From a virus: a stretch of DNA of 64,000 nt. Shown here piece by piece: positions 9,862 to 19,771 of the stretch (the first letter of the stretch is position 1; each line of letters opens with the position of its first letter). Where the stretch lies: the IMG/VR virus record IMGVR_UViG_3300045256_000294, positions 32,001 through 96,000 of that record, one strand, 5' to 3'. A program made the position numbers and the translations under genes. The notes beneath the pieces were generated by a model. It did no database searches and had not been told where the DNA came from. It saw nothing but the letters and a program-made list of their open reading frames with translations.

Positions 9862-10276
9862 GTTTCGGCATCCACGCAGATTTATCGAATCCCGCCGGTT
9901 TCTCCGGAATGGAGGCTGGCGGAGTGACTAGTTCAGGTGATGCCGACTGCTCCCCAGAAGGTCGCCAAGCCGACCTGTTAAAGCCGCCAGTCTTCAACAC
10001 GTTCTTGGCCGCTCGAACAGTGCCGCTACCCCTAGGTTTGCTACACGGTTGTTCAGTAGTCAGGGATACCCCATTGGTGGTAGCACCACCCTGCCACGCA
10101 CCCCTGTCGAAAGTAGGTTTCACCACCTGCTGAACGATGCTACTCCGGATCTCCCGCTTGATCGTCGCCGCCCGCTTCTTCTCCAGATCCTTCCGACGTG
10201 CCAGCTTCTCCGCCTTCCGCTTCTTCTTGCGGATCGCTGCTTTCTTCCTGATCTCGTGCTTCTTCCGGTCGGACAT
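9851..10276 (-). CDS. basic hypothetical protein
   Basis: MSDRKKHEIRKK...; three F(D/N)xxAW repeats; overlaps the 3' end of the polA-like gene. Confidence 0.55.
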   Translation of the reverse strand: MSDRKKHEIRKKAAIRKKKRKAEKLARRKDLEKKRAATIKREIRSSIVQQVVKPTFDRGAWQGGATTNGVSLTTEQPCSKPRGSGTVRAAKNVLKTGGFNRSAWRPSGEQSASPELVTPPASIPEKPAGFDKSAWMPKHGS

Positions 10277-11504
10277 ACTGGATTCCAGTCGGGCGGACAA
10301 TCGCTTTAAGTTTCCACTTCCGCCATTTCTTACCAATACTTACTTTCAAAGGGAAAGCCGGATTGGATGGCAACAACCCCTCAAACGGATACAGCATAAT
10401 CTCAGATACCGCCCGGAGAGTCGCCATCGCTTCCTCGTTCGTCGCCGGGCTCGACACCACCAAGGAGTCATGGCCCTCCATCAGCAGCCGTTCACCGAAC
10501 CTCGCCCAAACCCGACGAATCACATTCTGCATAGCATGAGCCACACTACCCTGCTGAACGCCGTTGAGTACCGCCAAGGCATTCTTAGCATGGGCTACCC
10601 GGAAACGACGGCCCAAAATCGTCTCCAGGTAGCCACCATCCTCACTAGTGATCTTCTTACACCGCCCGATCCAATCCCCAAGTTGCGGGTAGATGCTGGT
10701 CAGGGCGATACTGGTGAAGTCCATCGAGTTGATAGACTGGAGTAAGAGCTTCTTGCACTCCTCACGACCCAAAGTCTTGTTCGAGTTGGCGTTGACCTCG
10801 GCCATCATGTAGGTGTATGGGTCAGACGAGATGAACGCATCCTCCAACCGCTTGTCACCCGACAGAAGTGCCGCCACGCGGATGTCCGCACTAATCCAGT
10901 CGAAATGCAGGACGACTTCTTTCTCGCTGGCCCCAGGTTGGATAACGTAGTATGGTTCTTTGAAGCCCTGGATGTTGAACCCGGAAGTCTTACTACGGCC
11001 AGAAAAGACCTTTTGAGACCAGACCGGATTCTCCCGAACGTAGTTGCACCACAGGCCACGGTCTTCAATGGCCTGATAGACTACACCGGCATTAGCAAAG
11101 ACGCGGTTCCACTCCTTGAGTTTGGTCTTGGTCATCCGTTCCAAGACCTTCTTGATGATCTCGGTGTCCTTACTCAAGGTCTCAGAGGGCTTGATGTCCG
11201 GGAGTATCGCAAGGTCGTAGACGTTGTAGTAAGGACTACCATCTGGGCGTGACGCACGGCGTGGTAGGTTGAAAGCCTTGACGTGGCTCTTGAAATCGTT
11301 GGTGACTATGCTAATGTTCTTGTCCGATGCCTCGGTGATTAGGCGAGCGACTTTGGCTTTGTTGTCGTTGACTACTTTGATCAGGGTCCGGGAGCCAGGG
11401 CGGTAGAAATCGAAGATCTGTACTTGGTTACCAGCCAGGACGCCAGTACAGCGTGGCCTACCTCCGTCGTTCTCGAAGATGGTGAACAAATACAGATTCT
11501 TCAT
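10140..11504 (-). CDS. divergent family-A DNA polymerase lacking recognisable exonuclease domains
   Basis: SGR...NIQ; motif A DWISADIRVAALLSGD; motif B REECK; NGVQQGS; motif C GHDSL. Confidence 0.75.
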   Translation of the reverse strand: MKNLYLFTIFENDGGRPRCTGVLAGNQVQIFDFYRPGSRTLIKVVNDNKAKVARLITEASDKNISIVTNDFKSHVKAFNLPRRASRPDGSPYYNVYDLAILPDIKPSETLSKDTEIIKKVLERMTKTKLKEWNRVFANAGVVYQAIEDRGLWCNYVRENPVWSQKVFSGRSKTSGFNIQGFKEPYYVIQPGASEKEVVLHFDWISADIRVAALLSGDKRLEDAFISSDPYTYMMAEVNANSNKTLGREECKKLLLQSINSMDFTSIALTSIYPQLGDWIGRCKKITSEDGGYLETILGRRFRVAHAKNALAVLNGVQQGSVAHAMQNVIRRVWARFGERLLMEGHDSLVVSSPATNEEAMATLRAVSEIMLYPFEGLLPSNPAFPLKVSIGKKWRKWKLKAIVRPTGIQYVRPEEARDQEESSDPQEEAEGGEAGTSEGSGEEAGGDDQAGDPE

Positions 11505-11569
11505 GGCTCCCCGCTTTTGGCCAAAAGGCCAAACACGGGCAGACTAGTCTGCCATCAGGACTCCCATGG

Positions 11570-12058
11570 CTAGCTGGAAGAAGCGGGCGGCAGACTGGCC
11601 GGCGGATCTGGGGTGTTAACGGCATCACGGACGGCCTTCTCCATTTCACCGCCGCCCATGACCATATGCTTGGAGTTTGGGTTGTGCTGACCGGCCCGCT
11701 TGAACTTGGCCTTCATCTCATCGACTTCGCCGGCCACCCGCATCTCCTTGTAAGGATCGTCGGTGACCAGCTTGTGTAGGTGCATGTCCCGCTTGCAGCC
11801 ATCACGGTCGAGATAACCGTTGCCGCGGACGTAGAAGGTCTGGTTGTAACCGTAGAAAGTCCGCTCACACTCTTTCGAGTTGCACCGTGGGCAGGTCATC
11901 GCCTCGGCGATTTCTTGGTCGGTGGCACTGAAGGCGTATCCGGTTTCGAACAGGACGAGTTCTTCGTACTCCTCCGTCGTCCGCTCCCGCTTGTCCTTCT
12001 TGAGCTTACGCTCTAGCTTCTTCTCGCACTTTTTGCAGGCAGCGTAGAAGGTGGGCAT
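11570..12058 (-). CDS. FmdB-like zinc-ribbon protein
   Basis: MPTF...CKKC...CPRC. Confidence 0.6.
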   Translation of the reverse strand: MPTFYAACKKCEKKLERKLKKDKRERTTEEYEELVLFETGYAFSATDQEIAEAMTCPRCNSKECERTFYGYNQTFYVRGNGYLDRDGCKRDMHLHKLVTDDPYKEMRVAGEVDEMKAKFKRAGQHNPNSKHMVMGGGEMEKAVRDAVNTPDPPASLPPASSS

Positions 12059-12303
12059 TAAACACCCTGTTCGTAGCGGACTGGCCAACTGTTGAAAGTG
12101 GTCATCCCACCTACTTCAGCGGCCTGTAGGTCCTTGACATAGACCACGATCTCCCGTTTTTCACGCTTGTCGGTCGCCGCGGCCCGCTCTGGGGACTGAG
12201 AGAAGACCTGACAGCGGATAAACCAGGGGACGCCCAAGAGCCTCTTGTGTAGCTCCTGGGCAGCCTCGTGGATGCTGGTGAGATGCTTGAGGTTGCGGCT
12301 CAC
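12058..12303 (-). CDS. hypothetical protein
   Basis: 81-aa ORF coupled to its neighbours. Confidence 0.55.
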   Translation of the reverse strand: MSRNLKHLTSIHEAAQELHKRLLGVPWFIRCQVFSQSPERAAATDKREKREIVVYVKDLQAAEVGGMTTFNSWPVRYEQGV

Positions 12304-12305
12304 GG

Positions 12306-12764
12306 TTACTCCTGGGCCGGCTCGTCTTCCACGATCTTGAACGGCACCGCCTTCAGACCGCAGATGACGGCTCGCTCCGGCACGATAATGATCTTCTGGC
12401 CGGCGTACACGCCGGACTTCGGCTCCAGAGCGGTAGTCGGGTTGCCGTAGAAGCTCACCACGTCGCCGATCTGGAGTTGGCTGGGTACCCGCTTGCCGTC
12501 CGACCCCGGCAGACCCGGACCGACGCCGACGACCATTCCCTCGTTCTTGTAGCCGTGGTTCCCGGTCATCAGGATGCTGGATTCGACTCGAAATTGCAGG
12601 ATGGCAACGAAGTCGTTGAAGGTGCGGACCTTCTTGACGGGGATCTCTTCGCCGGGCTTGTACACCTTCACGGTGGCCTCGCGTTCGGCCTGCCGGCGGT
12701 CAGCCTCCCGCTCGGCTGCAGCACTCTCTTCACGCAGAAGCTTCTGACTCTTCGGAGGGGGCAT
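12306..12764 (-). CDS. groES: co-chaperonin GroES-like protein
   Basis: NDFV...EGMVVGVGPG...LQIGDVV...IIVPERAVI. Confidence 0.75.
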   Translation of the reverse strand: MPPPKSQKLLREESAAAEREADRRQAEREATVKVYKPGEEIPVKKVRTFNDFVAILQFRVESSILMTGNHGYKNEGMVVGVGPGLPGSDGKRVPSQLQIGDVVSFYGNPTTALEPKSGVYAGQKIIIVPERAVICGLKAVPFKIVEDEPAQE

Positions 12765-12807
12765 TCTAGCAAACTCCCGGTAGTAGCGGACGAGTCTGTC
12801 GAACCGC

Positions 12808-13059
12808 CTACTTACTTTCTGGAACCGGCTCTACTGCGGGTGGTGTGGGGTCTGTCGCCAGGACCTGTAACAGGTCCTTGTAGGAATGCTTGGGATTGGT
12901 GACGAAGACCGCCTTGGTCTTGCGTTGAGGAATGGGTGGGGCGTCAGCGACCTTCACCTGTAGACAGGTCCCGTCCGGAACCAGAGAGAACCCCGTCCTT
13001 TGCATCGTCTCCCCAATCGTCTTGGGGACATCAACCTCCAATAGTACCAACATCTTCAT
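12808..13059 (-). CDS. hypothetical protein
   Basis: 83-aa ORF with ATGA overlap to the helicase. Confidence 0.55.
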   Translation of the reverse strand: MKMLVLLEVDVPKTIGETMQRTGFSLVPDGTCLQVKVADAPPIPQRKTKAVFVTNPKHSYKDLLQVLATDPTPPAVEPVPESK

Positions 13060-14402
13060 AGCAATTCCTTCACAACCATGGTGTCGTAGTTAATCTCGCA
13101 GGAGATCGTAACGTGCTTGGGGCCGTTACGATTCTTCGCTACGAAGAAGCGCAGTCGCGGCGGGGTCATCTGCCTCTCGGAACGAGTCTGGTTGAGACTG
13201 ATGACGTAGTCAAGGGAGAACTGCTTGCCAAAGCTCTCCGCCGCCTTAGTCAGGTCAACCAACTCCTCTCCATTGGAACCACTCCGGTTCGTCTGGGTGG
13301 CGGTGAAGATCAGAACGTTCTCATTTTTGGCTAGACCGCGGACCTCGTTGGCCACGTGCTTCTGCCGCGTGTAGTCATCCTTGTTGTACGCGGGATTTCT
13401 ACTTACCATCAGATCCATGTAGTCGATGATGATAACGTCTGGCTTCCACCCATGCACCCGCTTGAGGCTGTCCAGCAGAGCATAGATGTGGTTAACCGAG
13501 CATTCATCAGGCGGCATCTCATGGATCAAGAACCGCTTCCCGTACGCCTTCTGCATTGACAGCATATTGCGACGGATGTACTCCTTGCGGTCAGCGATGT
13601 CGTTAATCGGCACGCCGAACGCACTCGCCACACACCGCATCGCCGTCTTGATCGCGTCGAGCTCGAACGTGATGAGCAGCACATCCTGGCCCGGCACCCC
13701 ACCCGGCCCTTCTCCCTTGAGGCTGGTAATGGCGTTGTTACACAACAACACCGATTTCCCGACGTTCGTACCGGCCAGCCAGCACACGACTTCCTTGACA
13801 GACGGACCACCGTTGTTGAGCAGACGGTCGAGGCTGGGGAAACCCGTTGTCTTGTGTTGAATGACATCAGGCTGGAACAGTAGTTCAGCGTTCTCGAAGA
13901 ACCAGAACCCGGAATTGCCGACATCAGCGATACGGTTGGCTTCCTGGACGATGTTCTCAATGAAAGCATAGTCCTGGCGGTGATACGCCTCTACCGCCTC
14001 ATCGGAATAGAGCATGCCGTAGGCCCGATCCCTGGACCACTTAAGGATCGTGTCCTTGACCATAGGGACCTCCCGCGGGTCGCTCTTGCGATCTACGATG
14101 CGGAGGATCTCGTCGTGCGGGTCGTCTACGGTGACTGATAGTTCGAGTTGATCCCGCAGCATGCCGCGGGTGGGGATGACGTTGTGTTTCTCGTAGATGT
14201 TCAGGATCTCCGCCATGATCCACCGGGCTTCAAGCCGCCCAAACATGTCAGGCTTCATGAAACGAGCGGCGACGTAGAAGAAATCCGGATGGTCAAGAGC
14301 CAACGAGATGATCGCTTCTTCTTGGTACGGCCCGAAAGGTCGAGCCTGACTATCTTGACCGCTGAGCGATTCCAGCTTCTCCAGGGTGTCGATAGTAGGC
14401 AT
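13056..14402 (-). CDS. replicative DnaB/gp41-like helicase
   Basis: TTGF..LD, Walker A AGTNVGKS, IIDYMD, ATQTNR, KNRNG. Confidence 0.92.
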   Translation of the reverse strand: MPTIDTLEKLESLSGQDSQARPFGPYQEEAIISLALDHPDFFYVAARFMKPDMFGRLEARWIMAEILNIYEKHNVIPTRGMLRDQLELSVTVDDPHDEILRIVDRKSDPREVPMVKDTILKWSRDRAYGMLYSDEAVEAYHRQDYAFIENIVQEANRIADVGNSGFWFFENAELLFQPDVIQHKTTGFPSLDRLLNNGGPSVKEVVCWLAGTNVGKSVLLCNNAITSLKGEGPGGVPGQDVLLITFELDAIKTAMRCVASAFGVPINDIADRKEYIRRNMLSMQKAYGKRFLIHEMPPDECSVNHIYALLDSLKRVHGWKPDVIIIDYMDLMVSRNPAYNKDDYTRQKHVANEVRGLAKNENVLIFTATQTNRSGSNGEELVDLTKAAESFGKQFSLDYVISLNQTRSERQMTPPRLRFFVAKNRNGPKHVTISCEINYDTMVVKELL

Positions 14403-14407
14403 GGCCG

Positions 14408-14734
14408 TTAACCTTCTGTCGGATCATCCGGGCAGAATTTCTGCCGCTGTGCCTTGGCCCTCTCGTAGGACGCCTTGGCGTTCGCTTCCACCAACACGAG
14501 AGCGTCACACAGCAGCAGGAATTCATCCTCAGTGTAGTACAACGTCTGGGTGCTGATCTGGGATCGCCTCTCCATAGCCCCGCCCATCGACGGCGGTCCC
14601 AGCGAATAGTCAATGGAGTACATCCAGCCGTTCTGACCGAGATGTACACCACTGATTTTCACAGCCTCAAGGGTGCCGATCGCCGCCGACTCCCTGAGGT
14701 AGACAACATCACCAGGGTTGTACTTGTTACTCAT
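14408..14734 (-). CDS. hypothetical protein
   Basis: 108-aa ORF; KYNPGDVVY N-terminus. Confidence 0.65.
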   Translation of the reverse strand: MSNKYNPGDVVYLRESAAIGTLEAVKISGVHLGQNGWMYSIDYSLGPPSMGGAMERRSQISTQTLYYTEDEFLLLCDALVLVEANAKASYERAKAQRQKFCPDDPTEG

Positions 14735-16937
14735 CGGAGTCCTTCATGGCGTCGAGGATGTCGTCGTCGAGAGGGTCGCCCTCGTCATCCCCGCTGACCG
14801 TGGTCACCAGATGCTTCGTCCGGTCACGCAGGTTATCGTAGATTTTCCCCATCAGAGCATCCCGGATCGCGTCGTTCTTCCGCAGGAACTCCGCCGCCGC
14901 ATCATAGCCATTGACCTTCTGCCCCTCGAAGATGAAGTAGCTGGACGACTTCTCGATCAGCTTCATGTCCCCGGCCACCTTGAGCAACGACTCGACCGAA
15001 TCGACGCCGAAGCAGGGGTAACCGAACCGAATACCATACTCCGCGGTCGTGAACGGCGGGGCACACTTGTTCTTCTTGACCGAGAGGTTCGTCGAGAAGC
15101 CGATCGTCTCTTTCCCATCCTTCACCGCCGAGCCCTTGTTGATCTGGACACGGAGGCTGGCGTTGAACTTGAGGGCCAGACCGCCGGGGGTGGTGTCGGG
15201 AGAATTGTGGACGATGATGCCATTGGTGGAGCCCCCAGCGGAGTAACACTTTGTGTCACGCACGCTGATATCATACTTCCCCCTGTCCCTCATCTGCCGA
15301 CCACTGGCGCGGCGAATGCTGATGACCGTCGCCACCGCATTGCGCCACGCGGCGTCGCGTTCCAACGAGAATTCGACATAATCGCGGGAACCGAACGGTA
15401 GCTTACGTCGCATGCACGGCGGCACGAATTCAGCTATGTTCTCAGCGATGCGGGTGGATACATCTTTATCGAAAATAATTGAACCGCCCTCACTGACATA
15501 GTGATACAGACCAAGATCATCGAGAGCGCGACTAATCTCTTCGAGTTTATCAAAATTGCCGGCGAACCGCCTGACTGAAAGATGGTAACGACCACACTCG
15601 TAAACGGCGTCGTCCATAACCCACACGGCGAATCCTAACCACGAAAAATGGTTAAGCAGAAGCATCGGGTCCCGATGCGGATATTCGCCCTTCATCTGGA
15701 GTAGCTCAGGGTAACAGTCAGACTCGTACCGTTCTCCGGACGGACATGGACGTTTGGAGAATTCCATATAACTCTGCAGCTTGCCTACTTTCCATAGCGT
15801 ATAATCTGGATCAGTATTGCCTCTAAGTATCAGAGATGCCCCCAATCGCTTGGGGTTGTGAGATAGGTGAGAATCACCCGACAACACACCAGTGAGGAAC
15901 AGCCCTAGAGTACCATTCGGGCGATTACCATTCATGACGAATGCTGCTTGCCGGGTGACAACGACATCCCCGCCGGCCAACTCCTTGGCCTCACGCCACC
16001 CACTACTAGTCAGTATCTTGTGTTCCGGTGTTACCGTGACCTGCATGCGACCATTCTTGGTGTCAGGTCCCTTGACCTCAATCAACAGAAAATCGTCAGG
16101 GGTCTGCACATCACCATTGTAATGCCAGTCAGTGATCGGCCGGGCGACAAAAGTCTCCGCCTCTTCGTCGTAGCTCCAGACGTCCCCCCTGACTCTCTCC
16201 TGTACAACCTTGGCGATGGGTAGACTGCGGCCATCAACAAAGTTGATGAGAGTGTCGCCGTGCAGGCACCCAAACATGACACCGATCTTCTGCCTGATCT
16301 GGTTAATAAAGATCACGGTAGTCTTGGACTTCGAAGCCTTCCCGGCGATCATCCGCAAGCCCTTCGACATGAGCCGAGCCTGGGCACCGATCGCGTTGTC
16401 GCCGATTTCCCCTTCGAGTTCCTGCTTCGGGATAAGGTTGGCCACAGAGTCCACCACAACCAGATCGACCAGCCCCGACTCGCAAATCTTGTCCACGATA
16501 TCGAAGGCTTCCTCACCGGAGTTGGGCTGGCTGAACAGGAGGGCGTCCACATCCACGCCGCACTTTGCTGCCCATTCGGGGTCGAAGGCGTGCTCGGCGT
16601 CCACGAACGCACAGACCCCCTTGCGGTTCTTGTGCGGGAAGAAGTGCTTCTGGCAAGCGGCGATGAACTGGATGCAGGTGGTGGTCTTGCCTGAGGACTC
16701 CAATCCATATATCTCGACGATACGACCTTCTGGTAGTCCTCCCACCCCGAAGGCTACGTCGATGGTGGGTACTAGAGTGGGGATGGCGTAGGTCCTGACG
16801 ATGTTCTCGCGGCCCTGCATGATGGTGCCGTCACCGTGGGCCTTGTTGAGGGACTTAATCAAAGCCCCCAGGTCCTTTGGCTTCTCGGCTTTTTTCTTCT
16901 TGTCGTCCTTCTCGTCGCTTTCCTTGGCCTTGGCCAT
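14727..16937 (-). CDS. recA: RecA recombinase containing an intein
   Basis: GRIVEIYGLESSGKTT, DAEHA.D, DSVA, QARLMS, INQIR, GGLALKF. Confidence 0.95.
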   Translation of the reverse strand: MAKAKESDEKDDKKKKAEKPKDLGALIKSLNKAHGDGTIMQGRENIVRTYAIPTLVPTIDVAFGVGGLPEGRIVEIYGLESSGKTTTCIQFIAACQKHFFPHKNRKGVCAFVDAEHAFDPEWAAKCGVDVDALLFSQPNSGEEAFDIVDKICESGLVDLVVVDSVANLIPKQELEGEIGDNAIGAQARLMSKGLRMIAGKASKSKTTVIFINQIRQKIGVMFGCLHGDTLINFVDGRSLPIAKVVQERVRGDVWSYDEEAETFVARPITDWHYNGDVQTPDDFLLIEVKGPDTKNGRMQVTVTPEHKILTSSGWREAKELAGGDVVVTRQAAFVMNGNRPNGTLGLFLTGVLSGDSHLSHNPKRLGASLILRGNTDPDYTLWKVGKLQSYMEFSKRPCPSGERYESDCYPELLQMKGEYPHRDPMLLLNHFSWLGFAVWVMDDAVYECGRYHLSVRRFAGNFDKLEEISRALDDLGLYHYVSEGGSIIFDKDVSTRIAENIAEFVPPCMRRKLPFGSRDYVEFSLERDAAWRNAVATVISIRRASGRQMRDRGKYDISVRDTKCYSAGGSTNGIIVHNSPDTTPGGLALKFNASLRVQINKGSAVKDGKETIGFSTNLSVKKNKCAPPFTTAEYGIRFGYPCFGVDSVESLLKVAGDMKLIEKSSSYFIFEGQKVNGYDAAAEFLRKNDAIRDALMGKIYDNLRDRTKHLVTTVSGDDEGDPLDDDILDAMKDSDE
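15204..16268 (-). mobile_element. LAGLIDADG intein in RecA (355 aa)
   Basis: GVMFG|CLHGDT...TPEHK...IIVHN|SPDTT; endonuclease blocks LTGVLSGD and VWVMDD. Confidence 0.92.
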
Positions 16938-17208
16938 CGGTGAATCTCCCCAGAGGTGCGAGTATGGCGTCAATGTCGTATGCTGCCACTTTCAAAACAT
17001 CCATAGCAGGAATGCGGATAGTGGCACCATGCTTGACGACAAGCAGGTCGTGTCCATCTTCGACGGGAATGATCGACGCCACACTCCACACCCCCTTGGG
17101 AGATACCGATGCCTCAGGGGGTGCTGAGAGGTACTTGACATTTCGAGTGGTACGTAGTCGCACTTGGTCGAACTGACGAAACTCGATCGATTCCTGCTGT
17201 TCAAACAT
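16855..17208 (-). CDS. hypothetical protein
   Basis: 117-aa ORF directly upstream of recA. Confidence 0.6.
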   Translation of the reverse strand: MFEQQESIEFRQFDQVRLRTTRNVKYLSAPPEASVSPKGVWSVASIIPVEDGHDLLVVKHGATIRIPAMDVLKVAAYDIDAILAPLGRFTDGQGQGKRREGRQEEKSREAKGPGGFD

Positions 17209-17231
17209 ATCTTGCAGAGCCTCGGCTTATG

Positions 17232-17579
17232 GTGAACTACCGCTACCCTCTGCTTTCGCTCGCAGAGAGGTGGCGGCTTCGGGTTTCACTGAGAATTGCA
17301 TCCTTGCGGAAGTCATCTCTCCACCCACTAACCCCGTAGTTCCTACGGTTCTTTTTCCTTCCATCAAGATGTTCTTCGCCGCATTGAAGTCCCTGTCATG
17401 TTCCACCTGCAAGTACAGGAAGAAGTTGTTGCGGGAACAGTGATAGATAGTTTAACTGAGTGTAGTCCGTAGTTGCTCCTATGGCTCACATTCATCCCCT
17501 ACCCTAAAGAAGCGACTACTGTTCGCAGAGCCTCACAGTGGTCGTGCCTTCAGCATAGGGGCTTTCTGCTCGCTTATTG
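17232..17579 (-). mobile_element. internally deleted IS200/IS605 (TnpB) remnant with both ends
   Basis: TnpB C-terminal peptide HDRDFNAAKNIL; right end GAAGCC...GGTAGTTCAC; other end CCCCTACCCTAAAG...TAGGGGCTTTCTG; TTAC just outside the inferred left end. Confidence 0.75.
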
Positions 17580-17612
17580 GTAAAGCAAATCTGAAACAGG
17601 AGGATGTGAACA

Positions 17613-18200
17613 ATGGCACTGAATAAAGCGGAGAAAATGCTCATAGAGGGCATCGACAGCATGCTCCAGCAGGATGCCAAGCTGGGTTTGTCCTTCCACG
17701 ACCAGGACGCCCCAGAAAACAAGCAAGACTGGCGTGGCTACCAGTATCTACATGAACAGATCAACGATATGTTCATGCTCAAGGCGGCTGACCTCACCCA
17801 CTTCGAAGGCATCAACTCCGCCTTCCGCAAAGTCCACAACTACAAGTACGTGGACGACTGGACTTTCCTCCCTGCCATGGACAAGGAGATGGTGTCCCAG
17901 GGCGTCCCCCGCGAGGAGCGAATCAAGGCCCTCGAATTCGTCCCAAAGATCATCGAAGAACTACGTTCCGAACACCATATGTGGGCGGAGCGGGACGGCG
18001 GTTTGAACCCGAAGATAGACGAGATCCGGAAGGTGAGCAAGCCCAAACAGAAAGGCAAGTTCAAGATCCACAACGCCCCAATCAACAAGCGGAACGTAGA
18101 CAAGCCGAAGCATGGCGACGGCTCACCGGCCCACACCAGCCAGGGCAAGCCGCCGATGCCCGATGACAGCCACGACAATGACGACGTGGACCCCCGATGA
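17613..18200 (+). CDS. hypothetical protein
   Basis: 195-aa ORF with AGGAGG RBS. Confidence 0.8.
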   Translation: MALNKAEKMLIEGIDSMLQQDAKLGLSFHDQDAPENKQDWRGYQYLHEQINDMFMLKAADLTHFEGINSAFRKVHNYKYVDDWTFLPAMDKEMVSQGVPREERIKALEFVPKIIEELRSEHHMWAERDGGLNPKIDEIRKVSKPKQKGKFKIHNAPINKRNVDKPKHGDGSPAHTSQGKPPMPDDSHDNDDVDPR

Positions 18201-18215
18201 CGGCGAAGGGAACTA

Positions 18216-18461
18216 ATGAAGCTCAAGTCGATCCGCGAGAACTTTCTATCGCAGAAGATGCGAGACGCGATCATCTCGTCTAAGGCTCTCTGTGACCGGC
18301 CCCTGCCTGTCGCCTCAGACGCCCCTTACGAAGCCTCTTCAGGCCACGATGCCATCTCCTCAGCCAGTGCCGCCCCCAGCCAAGTAACAGGCGTCGGCCG
18401 CAAACCGCGGCACCGCCGCTATTTCGGAATGGAAACGCGGCCAGGCACCATCCGCCTCTAG
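18216..18461 (+). CDS. small hypothetical protein
   Basis: MKLKSIRE N-terminus; co-oriented with the upstream gene. Confidence 0.6.
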   Translation: MKLKSIRENFLSQKMRDAIISSKALCDRPLPVASDAPYEASSGHDAISSASAAPSQVTGVGRKPRHRRYFGMETRPGTIRL

Positions 18462-19300
18462 TAGACGGAAATGACACCCGCCCCATTACACTTCGGGCAG
18501 CTAACTTCCTGCTTGACACCCCGCACCGGCTGGACAATGACGCAGGTCCCATGACATATGGGGCACTCACTTTGGGTATTCTGATACCCGGCACGAGCGA
18601 AGTTGGGAACGCGGTCGTGGTCGATAGAGTCCTTGGCCATCTTCTTGAAGCGGCCCTGGAGCTTCCCGTCGTCTTCCTTCTTGGAGATCTTCAGACGAGT
18701 AGTACCCATACCGTCAACCCGCTTCTCTTCAATGACGATGGGCTGACCGGCTCGGCCTTCGACCACGGCTAGCTTCGCCTTCCCCTTCTTGGCTTGAAGA
18801 AGCCCTGCTCGCTGATCCTGCGGTAGGTTGCTTGCCGCGATGCTGGTGGCGTCGAGGGAGGCGTGCCCCGCCACACTGACCGAACCCCCGCCAAAATTCG
18901 CCGTACCAGCAGCAGAAACCATCCCTCTCGACTTCTTGGCGTCGAGGATGGCGGTGTCAACGACGTCATCTCCTTGGAGTTCTTCGGCGAGGATGGTTCC
19001 TTCGGGGGCGAAGTCGGGCTTGGGCTGGGGCTTGGGGGCCATGACGGGGACGACGAGGCCGCTTTTAGATTGCTCCAAGCTAGCGACGTCGTATCCCATA
19101 GCCTTGAGTTGTTCCAGCAGGGCTTTGGCCTTCCTATCCTTCTCCAGGTAGGCCGCCTTGACCGTCTTGGGAGTGGCGTCTTCCGCGTGGACATCGCAGA
19201 TATCGCAAGTCACCTTCTTCCCATCATCAAGCTTCACCGCCATCTGGGTATTTAAAGTCGTAGTAGCTTCGCAGAACACGCACTGAGCCATAATATTCAC
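18458..19300 (-). CDS. zinc-binding protein with DnaJ-type CxxCxG motifs
   Basis: N-terminal CVFC/CDIC; C-terminal CPICHG and CPKCNGAG. Confidence 0.7.
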   Translation of the reverse strand: MNIMAQCVFCEATTTLNTQMAVKLDDGKKVTCDICDVHAEDATPKTVKAAYLEKDRKAKALLEQLKAMGYDVASLEQSKSGLVVPVMAPKPQPKPDFAPEGTILAEELQGDDVVDTAILDAKKSRGMVSAAGTANFGGGSVSVAGHASLDATSIAASNLPQDQRAGLLQAKKGKAKLAVVEGRAGQPIVIEEKRVDGMGTTRLKISKKEDDGKLQGRFKKMAKDSIDHDRVPNFARAGYQNTQSECPICHGTCVIVQPVRGVKQEVSCPKCNGAGVISVY

Positions 19301-19315
19301 TCCAAAAGGTGGCCC

Positions 19316-19765
19316 ATGCCAACCAAGGTATGTATCATCGACGTTGACCTGGGGCTCAGCGTTGACGACATCATCGGCGAAGAAGTCGAAGACCTAACCG
19401 GAGCTGCGGCCAAGGAACTCAACAATGCCCTAGAGATCGCCAAAGCTACCCAGAGGGTGAAGCAGGAGCGAGATGCCGCCACCCGCAAAGCCGACACCAA
19501 GCTCAACGACGCTATGGAAGGAGCCTTCAAGAGCCTCGTCGAAGCTGGTGACGCCGGGCTACCAGTCAGCACGGTTATGGCCGCGGTAACTGGCGTGGTC
19601 CCCAACTCCTCAGCCTTCGCCTTACGGATGAAAAGCATCTTGTCACAGAAGGGGAACCCTTACATCCTGGAGAGGAAGAAGGTTCACGGCACCCCCCACT
19701 ATGTCTTCATGCCGTTCAACTATCAACCAGAACCGCCGCCCCCGGCGGACGGTTCGCAACAGTAA
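19316..19765 (+). CDS. hypothetical protein (coiled coil plus possible winged helix)
   Basis: 149-aa ORF. Confidence 0.65.
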   Translation: MPTKVCIIDVDLGLSVDDIIGEEVEDLTGAAAKELNNALEIAKATQRVKQERDAATRKADTKLNDAMEGAFKSLVEAGDAGLPVSTVMAAVTGVVPNSSAFALRMKSILSQKGNPYILERKKVHGTPHYVFMPFNYQPEPPPPADGSQQ

Positions 19766-19771
19766 TTACTC

